Positions 28,443 through 37,691 of a stretch of DNA of 64,000 nucleotides are shown here, in pieces. The notes under the pieces were generated by a model. It searched no databases. It was not told where the DNA came from and saw only the letters and a list, made by a program, of their open reading frames with translations. The translations under genes were made by a program, and so were the position numbers. Source of the DNA: Candidatus Lindowbacteria bacterium RIFCSPLOWO2_12_FULL_62_27. GTDB taxonomy: Bacteria > Lindowbacteria > 2-12-FULL-62-27. Each line of letters begins with the position of its first letter. Position 1 is the first letter of the stretch. Where the stretch lies: assembly GCA_001784175.1 (NCBI GenBank), contig MFPR01000028.1, positions 327,614-391,613 on the forward strand, written 5' to 3'.

Positions 28443-29174
28443 ATGGCGGGTCCGTCCGGCGAGGTGGAAGTAACCTTTTTTGTTCCCTGCCTGAACGAAG
28501 AAAAGAACATCGTTCCCTCCATCGAAACGATCCTGGCCGCCGTCCGCATGGCCGGATGCACCTTTGAAATCATCGTCGTCGACGATCATTCCGCCGACCG
28601 GTCCGTGCCGGTCGTCGAAGACTACATGGCCCGGCATCCGGACCTGCCCATCCGCATCGTCAAGAACAGCCGGCGACAGGGCCTGTCGCGCAATTACACC
28701 GACTGCGCGTTTATCGGCCGGGGAACCTATTACAAATTTTTCGGCGGGAGCAACATGGAATTGGCCAACGATGTGGCGGCCGCGCTCAGGCTCAGGGGGA
28801 CCGCCGACATGATTGTGCCCTATCCCGTCGATGACAAGCGGACCCTCAAGAGAAGGATCATCTCGAAGCTCTACGCGAACATCGTCAGTTGGATCACCGG
28901 CTACCGCCTCCGGTATTACAACGGACCCATCCTCCACAGGCGCTACAACGTCATGCGCTGGCATGCCGACTCCTACGGCTACGGCTACCAGGCCGAAATC
29001 ATCACGCGCCTCCTCAACGAGGGCGCGACCTTCGTCGAGGTCGCCATGAGCAACTCGGACCGGGCCGCAGCCGTCAAATCGAATGCCTTCAAGCTGCAAA
29101 ACGTGCTGTCCGTCACGCACAGCCTCCTGCAGATATTATTTCGAAGCCTCCGCCGAAGGTGGTTTCACGTTTGA
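28443..29174 (+). CDS. GT2 glycosyltransferase (DPM1-like)
   Basis: FFVPCLNEEKNI, VVDDHSAD, YGYQAEI. Confidence 0.85.
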   Translation: MAGPSGEVEVTFFVPCLNEEKNIVPSIETILAAVRMAGCTFEIIVVDDHSADRSVPVVEDYMARHPDLPIRIVKNSRRQGLSRNYTDCAFIGRGTYYKFFGGSNMELANDVAAALRLRGTADMIVPYPVDDKRTLKRRIISKLYANIVSWITGYRLRYYNGPILHRRYNVMRWHADSYGYGYQAEIITRLLNEGATFVEVAMSNSDRAAAVKSNAFKLQNVLSVTHSLLQILFRSLRRRWFHV

Positions 29175-29617
29175 CGGCGGACGTGGTGGTGATTCTCCCG
29201 TACGTGGAAAACAGGGTGCTCCTCCAGCTCAGGGATTTCAATGCAGGCATCGTGTTCCCCGGCATGTGGGGCTTTTTCGGCGGAACGGTAGAAGCGGGCG
29301 AGGCGCCGAAGGATTCGGCGATCCGGGAACTCGTGGAGGAAATTGAATACCGGCCGGCCGAGATGCGCCTTCTGGAGACCGAAGTCGTCACGGAACTGGA
29401 CAATCTCGTTTCACATTCTTTTTTCTGCGCCCTGACCGCGCCGCTCGAAAAGCTGGTCTTGCACGAAGGACTCGATTACGGCCTTTACACGCTCGACGAA
29501 GTCCTGTCCGGGCAACTCCATTCCAGGAAATTAAACAAGCCCATGCCGGTCATCCCCGTGTCGTATGTGCCCCGCGCCGTCCGGAAATTGATGGCCCGGC
29601 TGGGCGTTATCCGGTAA
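29171..29617 (+). CDS. NUDIX hydrolase (paralog of 20692-21126)
   Basis: TTG start overlapping the GT2 stop; GGTVEAGEAPKDSAIRELVEE. Confidence 0.85.
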   Translation: MTADVVVILPYVENRVLLQLRDFNAGIVFPGMWGFFGGTVEAGEAPKDSAIRELVEEIEYRPAEMRLLETEVVTELDNLVSHSFFCALTAPLEKLVLHEGLDYGLYTLDEVLSGQLHSRKLNKPMPVIPVSYVPRAVRKLMARLGVIR

Positions 29618-30413
29618 TCGGATACGCCTGCCGCCGGCGCGACACGTAATAGACGGCCTCCCCGAGTCCCGCGCGGCGCGCCAAATCGACGGCCTCCGGA
29701 ATGCCGGTCCCGAACTGCGCCGGCGCGTGGCTGTCCGACCCCAGCGTGACGCACCGCCCTCCGAGCCGCACGTACTCGCGGATCGTCGGTTCGGCCGGAA
29801 AGGACTCCCGAAAGGCGTGGCGGTAGCCGGACGTGTTGATCTCGAGCGCCATTCCGCTGCGCGCGACAGCCGACAGGATTTGCTCGATCTGGCCGGCGTG
29901 CGGCGCCAGCGTGTACGAGCCGTAGACCGGGATGCTGTACCGTTTGAGGTGGTCGAAGTGGGCGAGAATGTCGAACAGCCCGGACTCCACCGTTCTCTCC
30001 ACTTCCTCGAAGTACGCCCGAAACGCCGCCTCGGCCGTCTTGCCGCGGAAATACCGGTCGCCGTGATGGAAGGGGCACCGCGCGACGAAATGGACGGCGC
30101 CGATCAGGTAGTCGAAGTCCTTGCCGGCGAAATACCGTTTGGGGGCGTCCGAAAATTCCCGCTGGTAGCTCACCTCGATCCCTTTGAGGATCGTCAGCCG
30201 GCCCTCGTATTTTTTCCGCACCGCGTCGATGTCCCGGCTGTAGCGGTCGTAGTCCAGATACCCGCAGCCGTCGTCGTCCGGGTCGAACTCGAGGTGGTCG
30301 CTGAACCCGATGCCCTGGTATCCCTTCGACAGCGCCAGTTCCGCGTAGGCCTCCATGAACGCGCCATCGTGCGAGTCCGGCGAATGGACGGTGTGAATGT
30401 GCAGGTCGTACAT
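29607..30413 (-). CDS. PHP-family histidinol-phosphatase (HisJ/HisK-like)
   Basis: DLHIHT, SDH, GAVH, AHFD, EINTSG, GSDSH. Confidence 0.88.
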   Translation of the reverse strand: MYDLHIHTVHSPDSHDGAFMEAYAELALSKGYQGIGFSDHLEFDPDDDGCGYLDYDRYSRDIDAVRKKYEGRLTILKGIEVSYQREFSDAPKRYFAGKDFDYLIGAVHFVARCPFHHGDRYFRGKTAEAAFRAYFEEVERTVESGLFDILAHFDHLKRYSIPVYGSYTLAPHAGQIEQILSAVARSGMALEINTSGYRHAFRESFPAEPTIREYVRLGGRCVTLGSDSHAPAQFGTGIPEAVDLARRAGLGEAVYYVSRRRQAYPITG

Positions 30414-30528
30414 GGGTTGGAAAATTATTTCAGTTTGCGCCGGGACGCAATACCCAGCGGTTTAAAGAAACCCACCGGGCGTGCCGATAGGTGGACAAGA
30501 AAGACATCGCAGAGGAGGTCGGAAGGGC

Positions 30529-30957
30529 ATGGAAGCCCAATTCCTGAAGATTCGCGGCCGCGAACGGATTTATCCCGTGGCCCGCATCCATTCGGACACA
30601 CAAGAAGTGGTGGTGGAAACGGAGATCGGAGAATTACCGTTCCCGATCGCCAGCGTGGAGTTCGTGTCCCTCGAGGACTTGAGGCCCCGCGTGCCGCAAT
30701 CGTTTGAGGACCGGCCGACGTCCGAAGTGGACCTTCACGGCCTGACCGTCGAGGAAGGACTGAGCGTCCTCGACCGCGCCGTCGAAAACGCCGTGGCGGC
30801 CGGAAGCTCCCATCTGCTCGTCATTCACGGAAAAGGTTCCGGAACGCTCCGGCTCGCCGTATGGGATTATCTCCGCAAGGACCCCCGCATCGGCCGGTTC
30901 GCGCTCGACCACACCTCCCTCGACCCCACCGGCGCCACGCGCGTCGACCTCCTCTAG
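30529..30957 (+). CDS. Smr/MutS2 C-terminal domain protein
   Basis: VDLHGLTVEE, IHGKGSGTLR, GATRV. Confidence 0.88.
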   Translation: MEAQFLKIRGRERIYPVARIHSDTQEVVVETEIGELPFPIASVEFVSLEDLRPRVPQSFEDRPTSEVDLHGLTVEEGLSVLDRAVENAVAAGSSHLLVIHGKGSGTLRLAVWDYLRKDPRIGRFALDHTSLDPTGATRVDLL

Positions 30958-31041
30958 TCCGCGGCCCGCCGCCCCAAAAATTTTTCTTCCCAAAAAGAGG
31001 ATTTTCAGGCATGGTACGGTATTTATCCTAATGGTTGGGGG

Positions 31042-32814
31042 ATGATAGGGGTGGATCTCATACAGGAGATCAAATCTCGGGCGGACATCGTGCAGATCAT
31101 TTCGGCGCACGTGCCGCTCAAAAAAGCCGGCAAGGATTACAAGGCGCGGTGCCCGTTTCACGCGGAGAAGACGCCGTCGTTTACGGTCAGCGCGGAGAAG
31201 CAGCTCTTTTATTGCTTTGGGTGTGGAACAGGTGGAGACCTGATCCGGTTTGTGTCGCTCATTGAAAAAATCGATACGGCTGAAACGATCCGCCGGCTCG
31301 CCGACCGACTCGGCATCGAGCGGCCCAGCCGCAGGGCCGGGCCGCCGGTGGAACCGCTCCGGCGCGTGATGGAGATGGCGTGCCGGTTTTACGAGGCCGC
31401 GCTTCAGGCGCCCGTCGGCGCCGCGGCGCGCGCGTATGCGGCCAAACGGAAAATGCCGGCCGATGTGTCAAAGGCCTTCCGGATCGGATACGCGCCGGAC
31501 CGGCCGGACGCGCTGACAGCGAGACTTCTGTCGAAGGGCGTTCCGGAAAAGGCGCTGATCGAGGCGGGGCTGGCCGCGGTGGATGAGCGCGGCGAAAAAC
31601 GCCTCCGGGACCGGTTTCGGGACCGGCTGATGTTTCCGATCGTGGATGGCGCGGGGCATGTCGTCGGGTTTGGAGGACGCGTGATTCGCGACGGCGACCG
31701 GCGGCCAAAATATCTCAATAGTGCGGAAAACGAGCTCTTTCACAAAGGCAAACTGCTGTTCGGGTATCACGCGATCAAAACGCAGGTGTCCGAATCTTCG
31801 CCTCCCGTCCTCGTCGAGGGATATCTCGACGTGCTGTACGCGCAGAGCGCCGGCCTTTCGGCGATGGCGGCCCTCGGCACGGCCCTGACGGACACCCAGG
31901 CCGACCTCTTGTCGCGGTTCCGCCTGCCGGTCATGCTCGCCTACGATGCGGATGCGGCGGGCCGGAAGGCCGCGGTGCGGTCCGCCGGATTGCTTCTGTC
32001 GCGCGACGTAACGGTCGGCATCCTGTTGTTTCCGGAAGGCCGGGATCCGGCGGAGATGGTGGAGCGCGGAGAGGCCGAGAAATTGCGGCAGATCGCGGCA
32101 GGCCCGGCGGACGTGTTCCGGTACCTTGTCGACGCCGCCCTGTCGATGCATCCGCAGACGCTCGAAGGCCGCCGTGCCGCGCTCGCGATGATCTGCGAGA
32201 CGGGATCGGCCATACCGGAGGGGCTGATCCGGCAGAAGCTCGTCGATGCAATCGCCGACGGATTTGGCTTGCCGCCGCAGGCCGCCGCGAGAATGGTCGG
32301 GCGCGGCGGACGCGCCGTCTCCGACGCGGCCACGCCGCAGAGCCTGACCAGTGGAAGGACCGAAGCGCTGCTCCTGGGCGAGGGCCAGAGCCGGCTCGAC
32401 TGGACGGTGATCGGCGTCACGCTCGCCCGGCCGGACCTTCTGGCGCTCGCGTACGCGGAGGTCGGCGAGGATTTCGGCGATCCCGCCGCGCAGCTCGTCT
32501 GGAACGCGATCGCGGCCCAGTACGAGCGCCGGCACGAGGTGGACTTGGAGGAACTCTACTCGGCCTTCGAAGACCGGCCGGACATGATCGACCGCCTGAG
32601 CCGGATGCGGATCAAGGCGCCGCAGGAAGCGGGCCTTGCGCCGGCCGGGTTCAAGGATATGCTCCGGCGGTTCCGGCGCGCGAGCGTCCGGCGGCAGATC
32701 GATGCGCTTCACGCGCGGCTCAAAGCCGCCGAGGCCGGCCGGCAGGAGGACGAGGTGAAGCGGCTGCTCGAAAAGGACCGCGAATTGCAGCAGCTCCTGA
32801 GCGCGACTGAATAA
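31042..32814 (+). CDS. dnaG: DNA primase
   Basis: CHC2 zinc finger CPFHAEKTPSF...CFGC; KYLNS; Toprim VEGYLD and YDADAAG. Confidence 0.97.
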   Translation: MIGVDLIQEIKSRADIVQIISAHVPLKKAGKDYKARCPFHAEKTPSFTVSAEKQLFYCFGCGTGGDLIRFVSLIEKIDTAETIRRLADRLGIERPSRRAGPPVEPLRRVMEMACRFYEAALQAPVGAAARAYAAKRKMPADVSKAFRIGYAPDRPDALTARLLSKGVPEKALIEAGLAAVDERGEKRLRDRFRDRLMFPIVDGAGHVVGFGGRVIRDGDRRPKYLNSAENELFHKGKLLFGYHAIKTQVSESSPPVLVEGYLDVLYAQSAGLSAMAALGTALTDTQADLLSRFRLPVMLAYDADAAGRKAAVRSAGLLLSRDVTVGILLFPEGRDPAEMVERGEAEKLRQIAAGPADVFRYLVDAALSMHPQTLEGRRAALAMICETGSAIPEGLIRQKLVDAIADGFGLPPQAAARMVGRGGRAVSDAATPQSLTSGRTEALLLGEGQSRLDWTVIGVTLARPDLLALAYAEVGEDFGDPAAQLVWNAIAAQYERRHEVDLEELYSAFEDRPDMIDRLSRMRIKAPQEAGLAPAGFKDMLRRFRRASVRRQIDALHARLKAAEAGRQEDEVKRLLEKDRELQQLLSATE

Positions 32815-32853
32815 ATATAGAGGGTTCAAGACAACGAAGGAGGATGACCAACT

Positions 32854-34572
32854 GTGAGTCTGCTGAAAATCAAAGGTGTTCGGAAACTGCTTGAGATTGG
32901 CCGAAAAAAGAAAAAACTGACGTACGACGAGATCAACTACTTGCTGCCCGAAACGGTGGCGAGTTCCGATCTCATCGACGATATTTTCGTCCTGCTTCAG
33001 AAGAACGGGATCCAGATCGTCGAGGATGTCGATGCGGCGGCCTTGAGCGCCAGCGATGAGGAACTGCTGGCCAAGGTCACCCGGTTCGGCGACACGGACG
33101 ACTCGATCAAAATGTATCTCCAGGAGATCGGCCGCATTCCGCTCCTGACGCCCAAGGAGGAGGTCGAGATCTCCAAGCGGTTTGACACCAACCGCAGCCT
33201 CGCCTACAAGTCGGTCCTCGGGACCTTCATCGCGGCCGACCTGTTCGAGCGCGAGGCGATCGAGGTCCGCAAGGACAAGTCGCGGATCAAAAAGCTCGTG
33301 GCAATCAAAAAGACGGAGAAGCTTTTCCCCGAGGAACTCTCCATGTGGCGCCGGCGCGTCTCAACCGGCCTCACCAAGATCAGCTTGCTGAAGCGCCGAT
33401 ACGTGCGCGCCGCGGCGAAATACCTGACCGAGGACGGCGAGCTGAAGAAGGGCGTCGAGATTCCGAAGGAACTCAAGGCCATCGCCGACAAAACCGGCGA
33501 CGCCCTGCTGGAGGTCAAGCTCAACAAGTCGATCATCTACCAGGTCCGGGACATCATCGCCGGGATCCTCGAGGAACACGACCGCGTGTCCCGGCATTCC
33601 CGCGGGATCGCCATCCGGTTCCGCACCGCGCCTGACCGCCTCCTGCGCCTGTACCGCGTGGGGTCAGATGTCGTCAAGTCGCGGGCGTCGTTCGTCAAGC
33701 GGCTGAACCTGGACGACCGGCGGGAGATCGACGAGAACCTGAAGGAGCTGGCGTCGGCGCAGGAAAATTACCAGAAGAAGGCCCGGTACCCCGTCGAAGG
33801 CCTGCGAGAGACCCTCAAGACCTACCGGTTCTACAACCGGGAGGCGCTCGAGGCCCGTGACGAAATGGTCGACGCGAACCTCCGGCTGGTCGTGTCCATC
33901 GCCAAGAAGTACACGCACCGCGGGCTCGGCTTCCTCGACCTCATCCAGGAGGGCAATATTGGACTTATGCGCGCGGTCGACAAGTTCGAGTACCGGAAGG
34001 GATTCAAGTTCTCGACCTACGCCACCTGGTGGATCCGGCAGGCCATCACGCGGGCCCTGGCCGACCAGAGCCGCACCATCCGGATCCCGGTCCACATGGT
34101 CGAGCAGATCAACAAGGTCATGCGCGAGTCCCGGAGGCTCCTGCAGAAACTCAACCGCGAGCCCAAGCCGGAGGAAATCGCCAAGGAACTCAACTGGCAT
34201 TCCGGCCGGGTCCGGCACATCATGAAACTCGCGCAGGACCCCATCAGCCTCGAAACGCCCGTCGGCGAGGACGGCGATACGTCCCTCGGGGATTTCGTCC
34301 CCGATCAGACCAGCGTGTCGCCCCTCAAGACCACCGTCGATACGCTCCTGCGCGAGCAGCTTGAGGCCGTCCTCAAGACCCTCAACGCGCGCGAGGAAAA
34401 AGTCGTCCGGCTGAGGTTCGGCCTGGACGACGGCCGGGAACGGACGCTGGAGGAAGTCGGCAACATGTTCAACGTGACGCGCGAGCGGATCCGGCAGATC
34501 GAGTGCAAGGCGCTCAAGAAACTGCGCCACCCGGTCCGCGCGAGGCTCCTGCGGGATTACCTGAAGGCCTGA
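32854..34572 (+). CDS. rpoD: Primary sigma factor
   Basis: Region 1.1, [40 protein letters not shown]; follows dnaG; AAGGAGG RBS. Confidence 0.97.
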   Translation: MSLLKIKGVRKLLEIGRKKKKLTYDEINYLLPETVASSDLIDDIFVLLQKNGIQIVEDVDAAALSASDEELLAKVTRFGDTDDSIKMYLQEIGRIPLLTPKEEVEISKRFDTNRSLAYKSVLGTFIAADLFEREAIEVRKDKSRIKKLVAIKKTEKLFPEELSMWRRRVSTGLTKISLLKRRYVRAAAKYLTEDGELKKGVEIPKELKAIADKTGDALLEVKLNKSIIYQVRDIIAGILEEHDRVSRHSRGIAIRFRTAPDRLLRLYRVGSDVVKSRASFVKRLNLDDRREIDENLKELASAQENYQKKARYPVEGLRETLKTYRFYNREALEARDEMVDANLRLVVSIAKKYTHRGLGFLDLIQEGNIGLMRAVDKFEYRKGFKFSTYATWWIRQAITRALADQSRTIRIPVHMVEQINKVMRESRRLLQKLNREPKPEEIAKELNWHSGRVRHIMKLAQDPISLETPVGEDGDTSLGDFVPDQTSVSPLKTTVDTLLREQLEAVLKTLNAREEKVVRLRFGLDDGRERTLEEVGNMFNVTRERIRQIECKALKKLRHPVRARLLRDYLKA

Positions 34573-34585
34573 CCGCCTCTCTATA

Positions 34586-35893
34586 TTATATAGCGGCCGC
34601 CACAGCCTCCGCCGCGGCCTCGCCGCTCCGCACGGCGCTTTCGATCGTGCCGGGCCACCCGGTTTCCACGTAGTCGCCGGCCAGAAAGAGGTCGGGGTGG
34701 CCGGAGTCCCGGGGCGCCGGCCGGACGAGATCGGGGCGCGGCGGGAACGTGGCGTTTTTTTCAATGAAGGACACGCTCTGAACCAGTTGCGCCGCCGTCC
34801 CGAAAATCGACCGGACCTCCGCGTCCGCCGCGATGGCCAGCTCCCACTGGGACTGTTCCGCCTCGCGGTCGGCGGCGCTGATGACCGCCTGGAGATGCTG
34901 GCGGCCGTCGTAGACCCCTTTGTTGAAAATCCACTGGATCATTTTGCCCTGAACGAGACAAAATCTGAGGTCCGTCAGGACGCGGTCGTACAAGAGATGA
35001 ATCGAAATGATCGGGGAGCCGAGCGTGAACGGCCCGAGCCGTTTCGCCGTCTCCTCGACGCCCGTCGTTTCCTCCAGTATGTGTTTGGCGGCGGCCGGGC
35101 CGGTCGCAAGAATCACTTTCCTGGCGTTCAGGGCGCTCTGATCATGCAGATGTACGACGAACCCGTGGGGCCCCTCCAAGCTCAGGCGCAAAATCCGCTT
35201 GGCCGTTTTCAGAACGACGCCCTCCCGCTCCAGCGCCGGCCGGATCCGTTCGTTGAAAAGTTGAATCAGAGGCATCCTGGGAAGGCCGATGTTCATGCCG
35301 TCGCGACGGAGGAACGCGTCCCGCACAATGTGCCGTACATGGTCGGCGGCGCTCTGCGCCGGATCGAAGTTCAGGGCGCTGACCAGAAACGGGCGCCAGA
35401 ACCGCCGCTGGATCTCCTGCGTCTGGCCGAGCCGCGCCGCAAGTTCTCCCCACGTTTCGCGTGACGCGCCCGAGAAACTCAGCCGCAGCATGGCCCACGC
35501 GATCTTCGCGCGGTCCGCGAAACCCAGTCCCGGAAAGTCTCTCAGAAACGGAATGAGATGAAACGGCGGAAGAACCGGCCACGGGCGTAGCGCGTGGATC
35601 CCGCCGACGCTGTTGGCCACCGGCAGGGTCCGGCGCCAGTCGACCGCATCGGGGGCGCCGAGCGCTTCCAGAAACCCGCGCGTCCGGTCGCAGCATCCGA
35701 GCAGGACGTGCTGGCCGTTGTCGAGCGGCGCCGGCCAGTTTTTGATCTGGTAGGACGTCGCCCGGCCGCCCAGATGCGCCTTGTATTCGATGAGCGCCGT
35801 TCCCACGCCGCGCTGCGCCAGGCGGAGTGCCGCCGCGCAGCCCGCAAATCCGCCGCCCAGAACGGCAACGTCGATATGCTTGCTCTGGTTCAC
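34586..35893 (-). CDS. hpnE: Hydroxysqualene dehydroxylase (squalene-associated FAD-dependent oxidoreductase)
   Basis: GGGFAG, GGRATS, DNGQHVLLGC, AGDY...WPGTIESAVRSG; follows hpnCD. Confidence 0.9.
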   Translation of the reverse strand: MNQSKHIDVAVLGGGFAGCAAALRLAQRGVGTALIEYKAHLGGRATSYQIKNWPAPLDNGQHVLLGCCDRTRGFLEALGAPDAVDWRRTLPVANSVGGIHALRPWPVLPPFHLIPFLRDFPGLGFADRAKIAWAMLRLSFSGASRETWGELAARLGQTQEIQRRFWRPFLVSALNFDPAQSAADHVRHIVRDAFLRRDGMNIGLPRMPLIQLFNERIRPALEREGVVLKTAKRILRLSLEGPHGFVVHLHDQSALNARKVILATGPAAAKHILEETTGVEETAKRLGPFTLGSPIISIHLLYDRVLTDLRFCLVQGKMIQWIFNKGVYDGRQHLQAVISAADREAEQSQWELAIAADAEVRSIFGTAAQLVQSVSFIEKNATFPPRPDLVRPAPRDSGHPDLFLAGDYVETGWPGTIESAVRSGEAAAEAVAAAI

Positions 35894-36846
35894 CGCAGGT
35901 CCGGTCTGGCGGTGCGCGGGATCGGATAGGTGGGGTTGAAAAGCACGCTGAGGAAAATAAATGTTTTCTCAAGTCTCGACAGGGCCACGCGCCGTTCCAA
36001 AACCGGGAATCCGCCCGATTCGATCTTCACCAGAATCCTCGCATAGAGCGACGCCATCATCGCCACCGTCCGCCGCGCGACCGCGGACAGGTGCGTGAGG
36101 AGGGGATAGGCCATTTCGTAGTGCTGCCGGGCCCGGGCCGCGTTGATCGCGCACACCCGCAAAAACGCCTCCGTCGGCGTCCCGTTCAGAATGTCCGACT
36201 CCCGGCAGCCCGTCGTCGCCAGGTCCTCCTGCGGCAGGTAAATCCGGCCGCGCTGCGCATCCTCCTGGACGTCCCGCAGAATGTTGGTGAGCTGAAGGGC
36301 GATTCCGAGATTTTCCGCCATCTGTTTCGCCTGCGACTGCCGGCAGCCGAAGAGTTCCAGACAAATCAGGCCAACGCTCGACGCCACCAGCCGGCAGTAA
36401 TCCTTCAACGCGTCAAAGGTCACGTAGCGGTTCACCGTGAGGTCCCGCTCGGCGCCGTCCAGAATGAGTTCGAGATATTCGGGCGTCAGCGAGAATCGCG
36501 TCACCGTGTCCGCCAGCGCCGCCATCGCCGGATGCAGGCCCGACGTTTCGCCGGCCAGCGCCCGGCGCAGGTCACTGCGGAGTTGCCGGAGCTTCGCGAG
36601 CCGGTCGGGCGGATCAGCGCCTCCGGCGCCCCAAGTGCCGGCGTCTCCGACGCCGGCCGCGGCGGTCCCGGTGTCGGCGCCGAGGTCGGCCAGATCGTCG
36701 GCCTGACGCGCAAAGGCGTAGACGGCGAGCATCCCGTTTCGACGGGGTTGCGGCAAAAACCGGAATGCCCAGTAGAAGTTGCCGGCCTCCGCGCTCGCGA
36801 TCCGGTCGCAGTGAAGGTAGGCGCGAGACAGCGCAAGCGATGTCAT
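35890..36846 (-). CDS. hpnD: Presqualene diphosphate synthase (phytoene/squalene synthase family)
   Basis: NFYWAF, YAFARQADDLAD, YCRLVASSVG, LQLTNILRDVQED, RIYLP; start 36846 coupled to the hpnC stop. Confidence 0.88.
   Translation of the reverse strand: MTSLALSRAYLHCDRIASAEAGNFYWAFRFLPQPRRNGMLAVYAFARQADDLADLGADTGTAAAGVGDAGTWGAGGADPPDRLAKLRQLRSDLRRALAGETSGLHPAMAALADTVTRFSLTPEYLELILDGAERDLTVNRYVTFDALKDYCRLVASSVGLICLELFGCRQSQAKQMAENLGIALQLTNILRDVQEDAQRGRIYLPQEDLATTGCRESDILNGTPTEAFLRVCAINAARARQHYEMAYPLLTHLSAVARRTVAMMASLYARILVKIESGGFPVLERRVALSRLEKTFIFLSVLFNPTYPIPRTARPDLR
36612..36660 (-). repeat. ~49-bp REP-like double-hairpin dispersed repeat, copy 1 (inside hpnD)
   Basis: Reverse complement matches 49359-49407 at 47/49 nt. 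Confidence 0.85.
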
Positions 36847-37691
36847 GATCTGGACCACACGACTTTCAAAAACTCGAACGGAAGCCGCAGGCGGCTCGCG
36901 AAATCGCCCAGCGTCGGACGCGGCGCGTTCGCGCGGGTTCGCTCCAGGATCGTCGTGCCGCCGGCGGCGAACATCGCCACCGGCCAGCGGTATCGCCAGG
37001 ACAACCGGCCGATGAGCTTCCATCCCTCCCGCATCATCGCGAGCGTTCGACGCACTTCATCATCGATCAACTCCCGCAGCGCCGGACATGCGGCTGGCCC
37101 GCCGGCGTTTGGCATATCCTCCTCGGACACGCCGAACCGCCGCAGATCCGTCCCGGGAATATAAATCCGGCCGCGATCCAGATAGTCCGACCGGACATCC
37201 TGCCAGAAATTGGCGAGCTGAAGCGCCGTGCATATCCGGTCCGACAGGCGGAACCGCTCGTCGTCCCGGTATCCCATCAGCATCAGCACCAGCCGGCCGA
37301 CGGGATCGGCGCTCCGGCGGCAGTAGTCCAGAACCTCGTCGAATGTCTCATATCTCGTTTTCGTCACGTCCTGCTCGAAGGCCGATAGAAGATCCAGAAA
37401 GGGCGCGTCGGGCAGGTCGAACGTGTGAATGGTTTCGCCCAGCGCCTCGAAGACCGGGTCTCCTCCGTAACGTCCCTGCTCGATGCGCTCGCGCATCCCG
37501 GCAAGACCCGATTTCGCATGCGCGACGTGGCCATCCGAACGGACGCCTTCGTCGGCGAAGTCGTCCGCCGCGCGCGCGAACGCATAAACAGCGGCCACGT
37601 GCGGCCGGAGCCGCCGGGGCAGCACCCGGGACAGGACGGGGAAATTTTCGTAGTGGGTTTGCGCGATGCGAATGCAGTGCTCATAGGACAT
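36843..37691 (-). CDS. hpnC: Squalene synthase HpnC
   Basis: HYENFPV, YAFARAADDFADEG, YCRRSADPVGRLVL, LQLANFWQD. Confidence 0.92.
   Translation of the reverse strand: MSYEHCIRIAQTHYENFPVLSRVLPRRLRPHVAAVYAFARAADDFADEGVRSDGHVAHAKSGLAGMRERIEQGRYGGDPVFEALGETIHTFDLPDAPFLDLLSAFEQDVTKTRYETFDEVLDYCRRSADPVGRLVLMLMGYRDDERFRLSDRICTALQLANFWQDVRSDYLDRGRIYIPGTDLRRFGVSEEDMPNAGGPAACPALRELIDDEVRRTLAMMREGWKLIGRLSWRYRWPVAMFAAGGTTILERTRANAPRPTLGDFASRLRLPFEFLKVVWSRS

Noticed and set aside
26925-29120. N-terminal ~730 aa of the 902-aa minus ORF
   Set aside because: Antisense to hemN and GT2; only 26412-26924 looks like a real gene.
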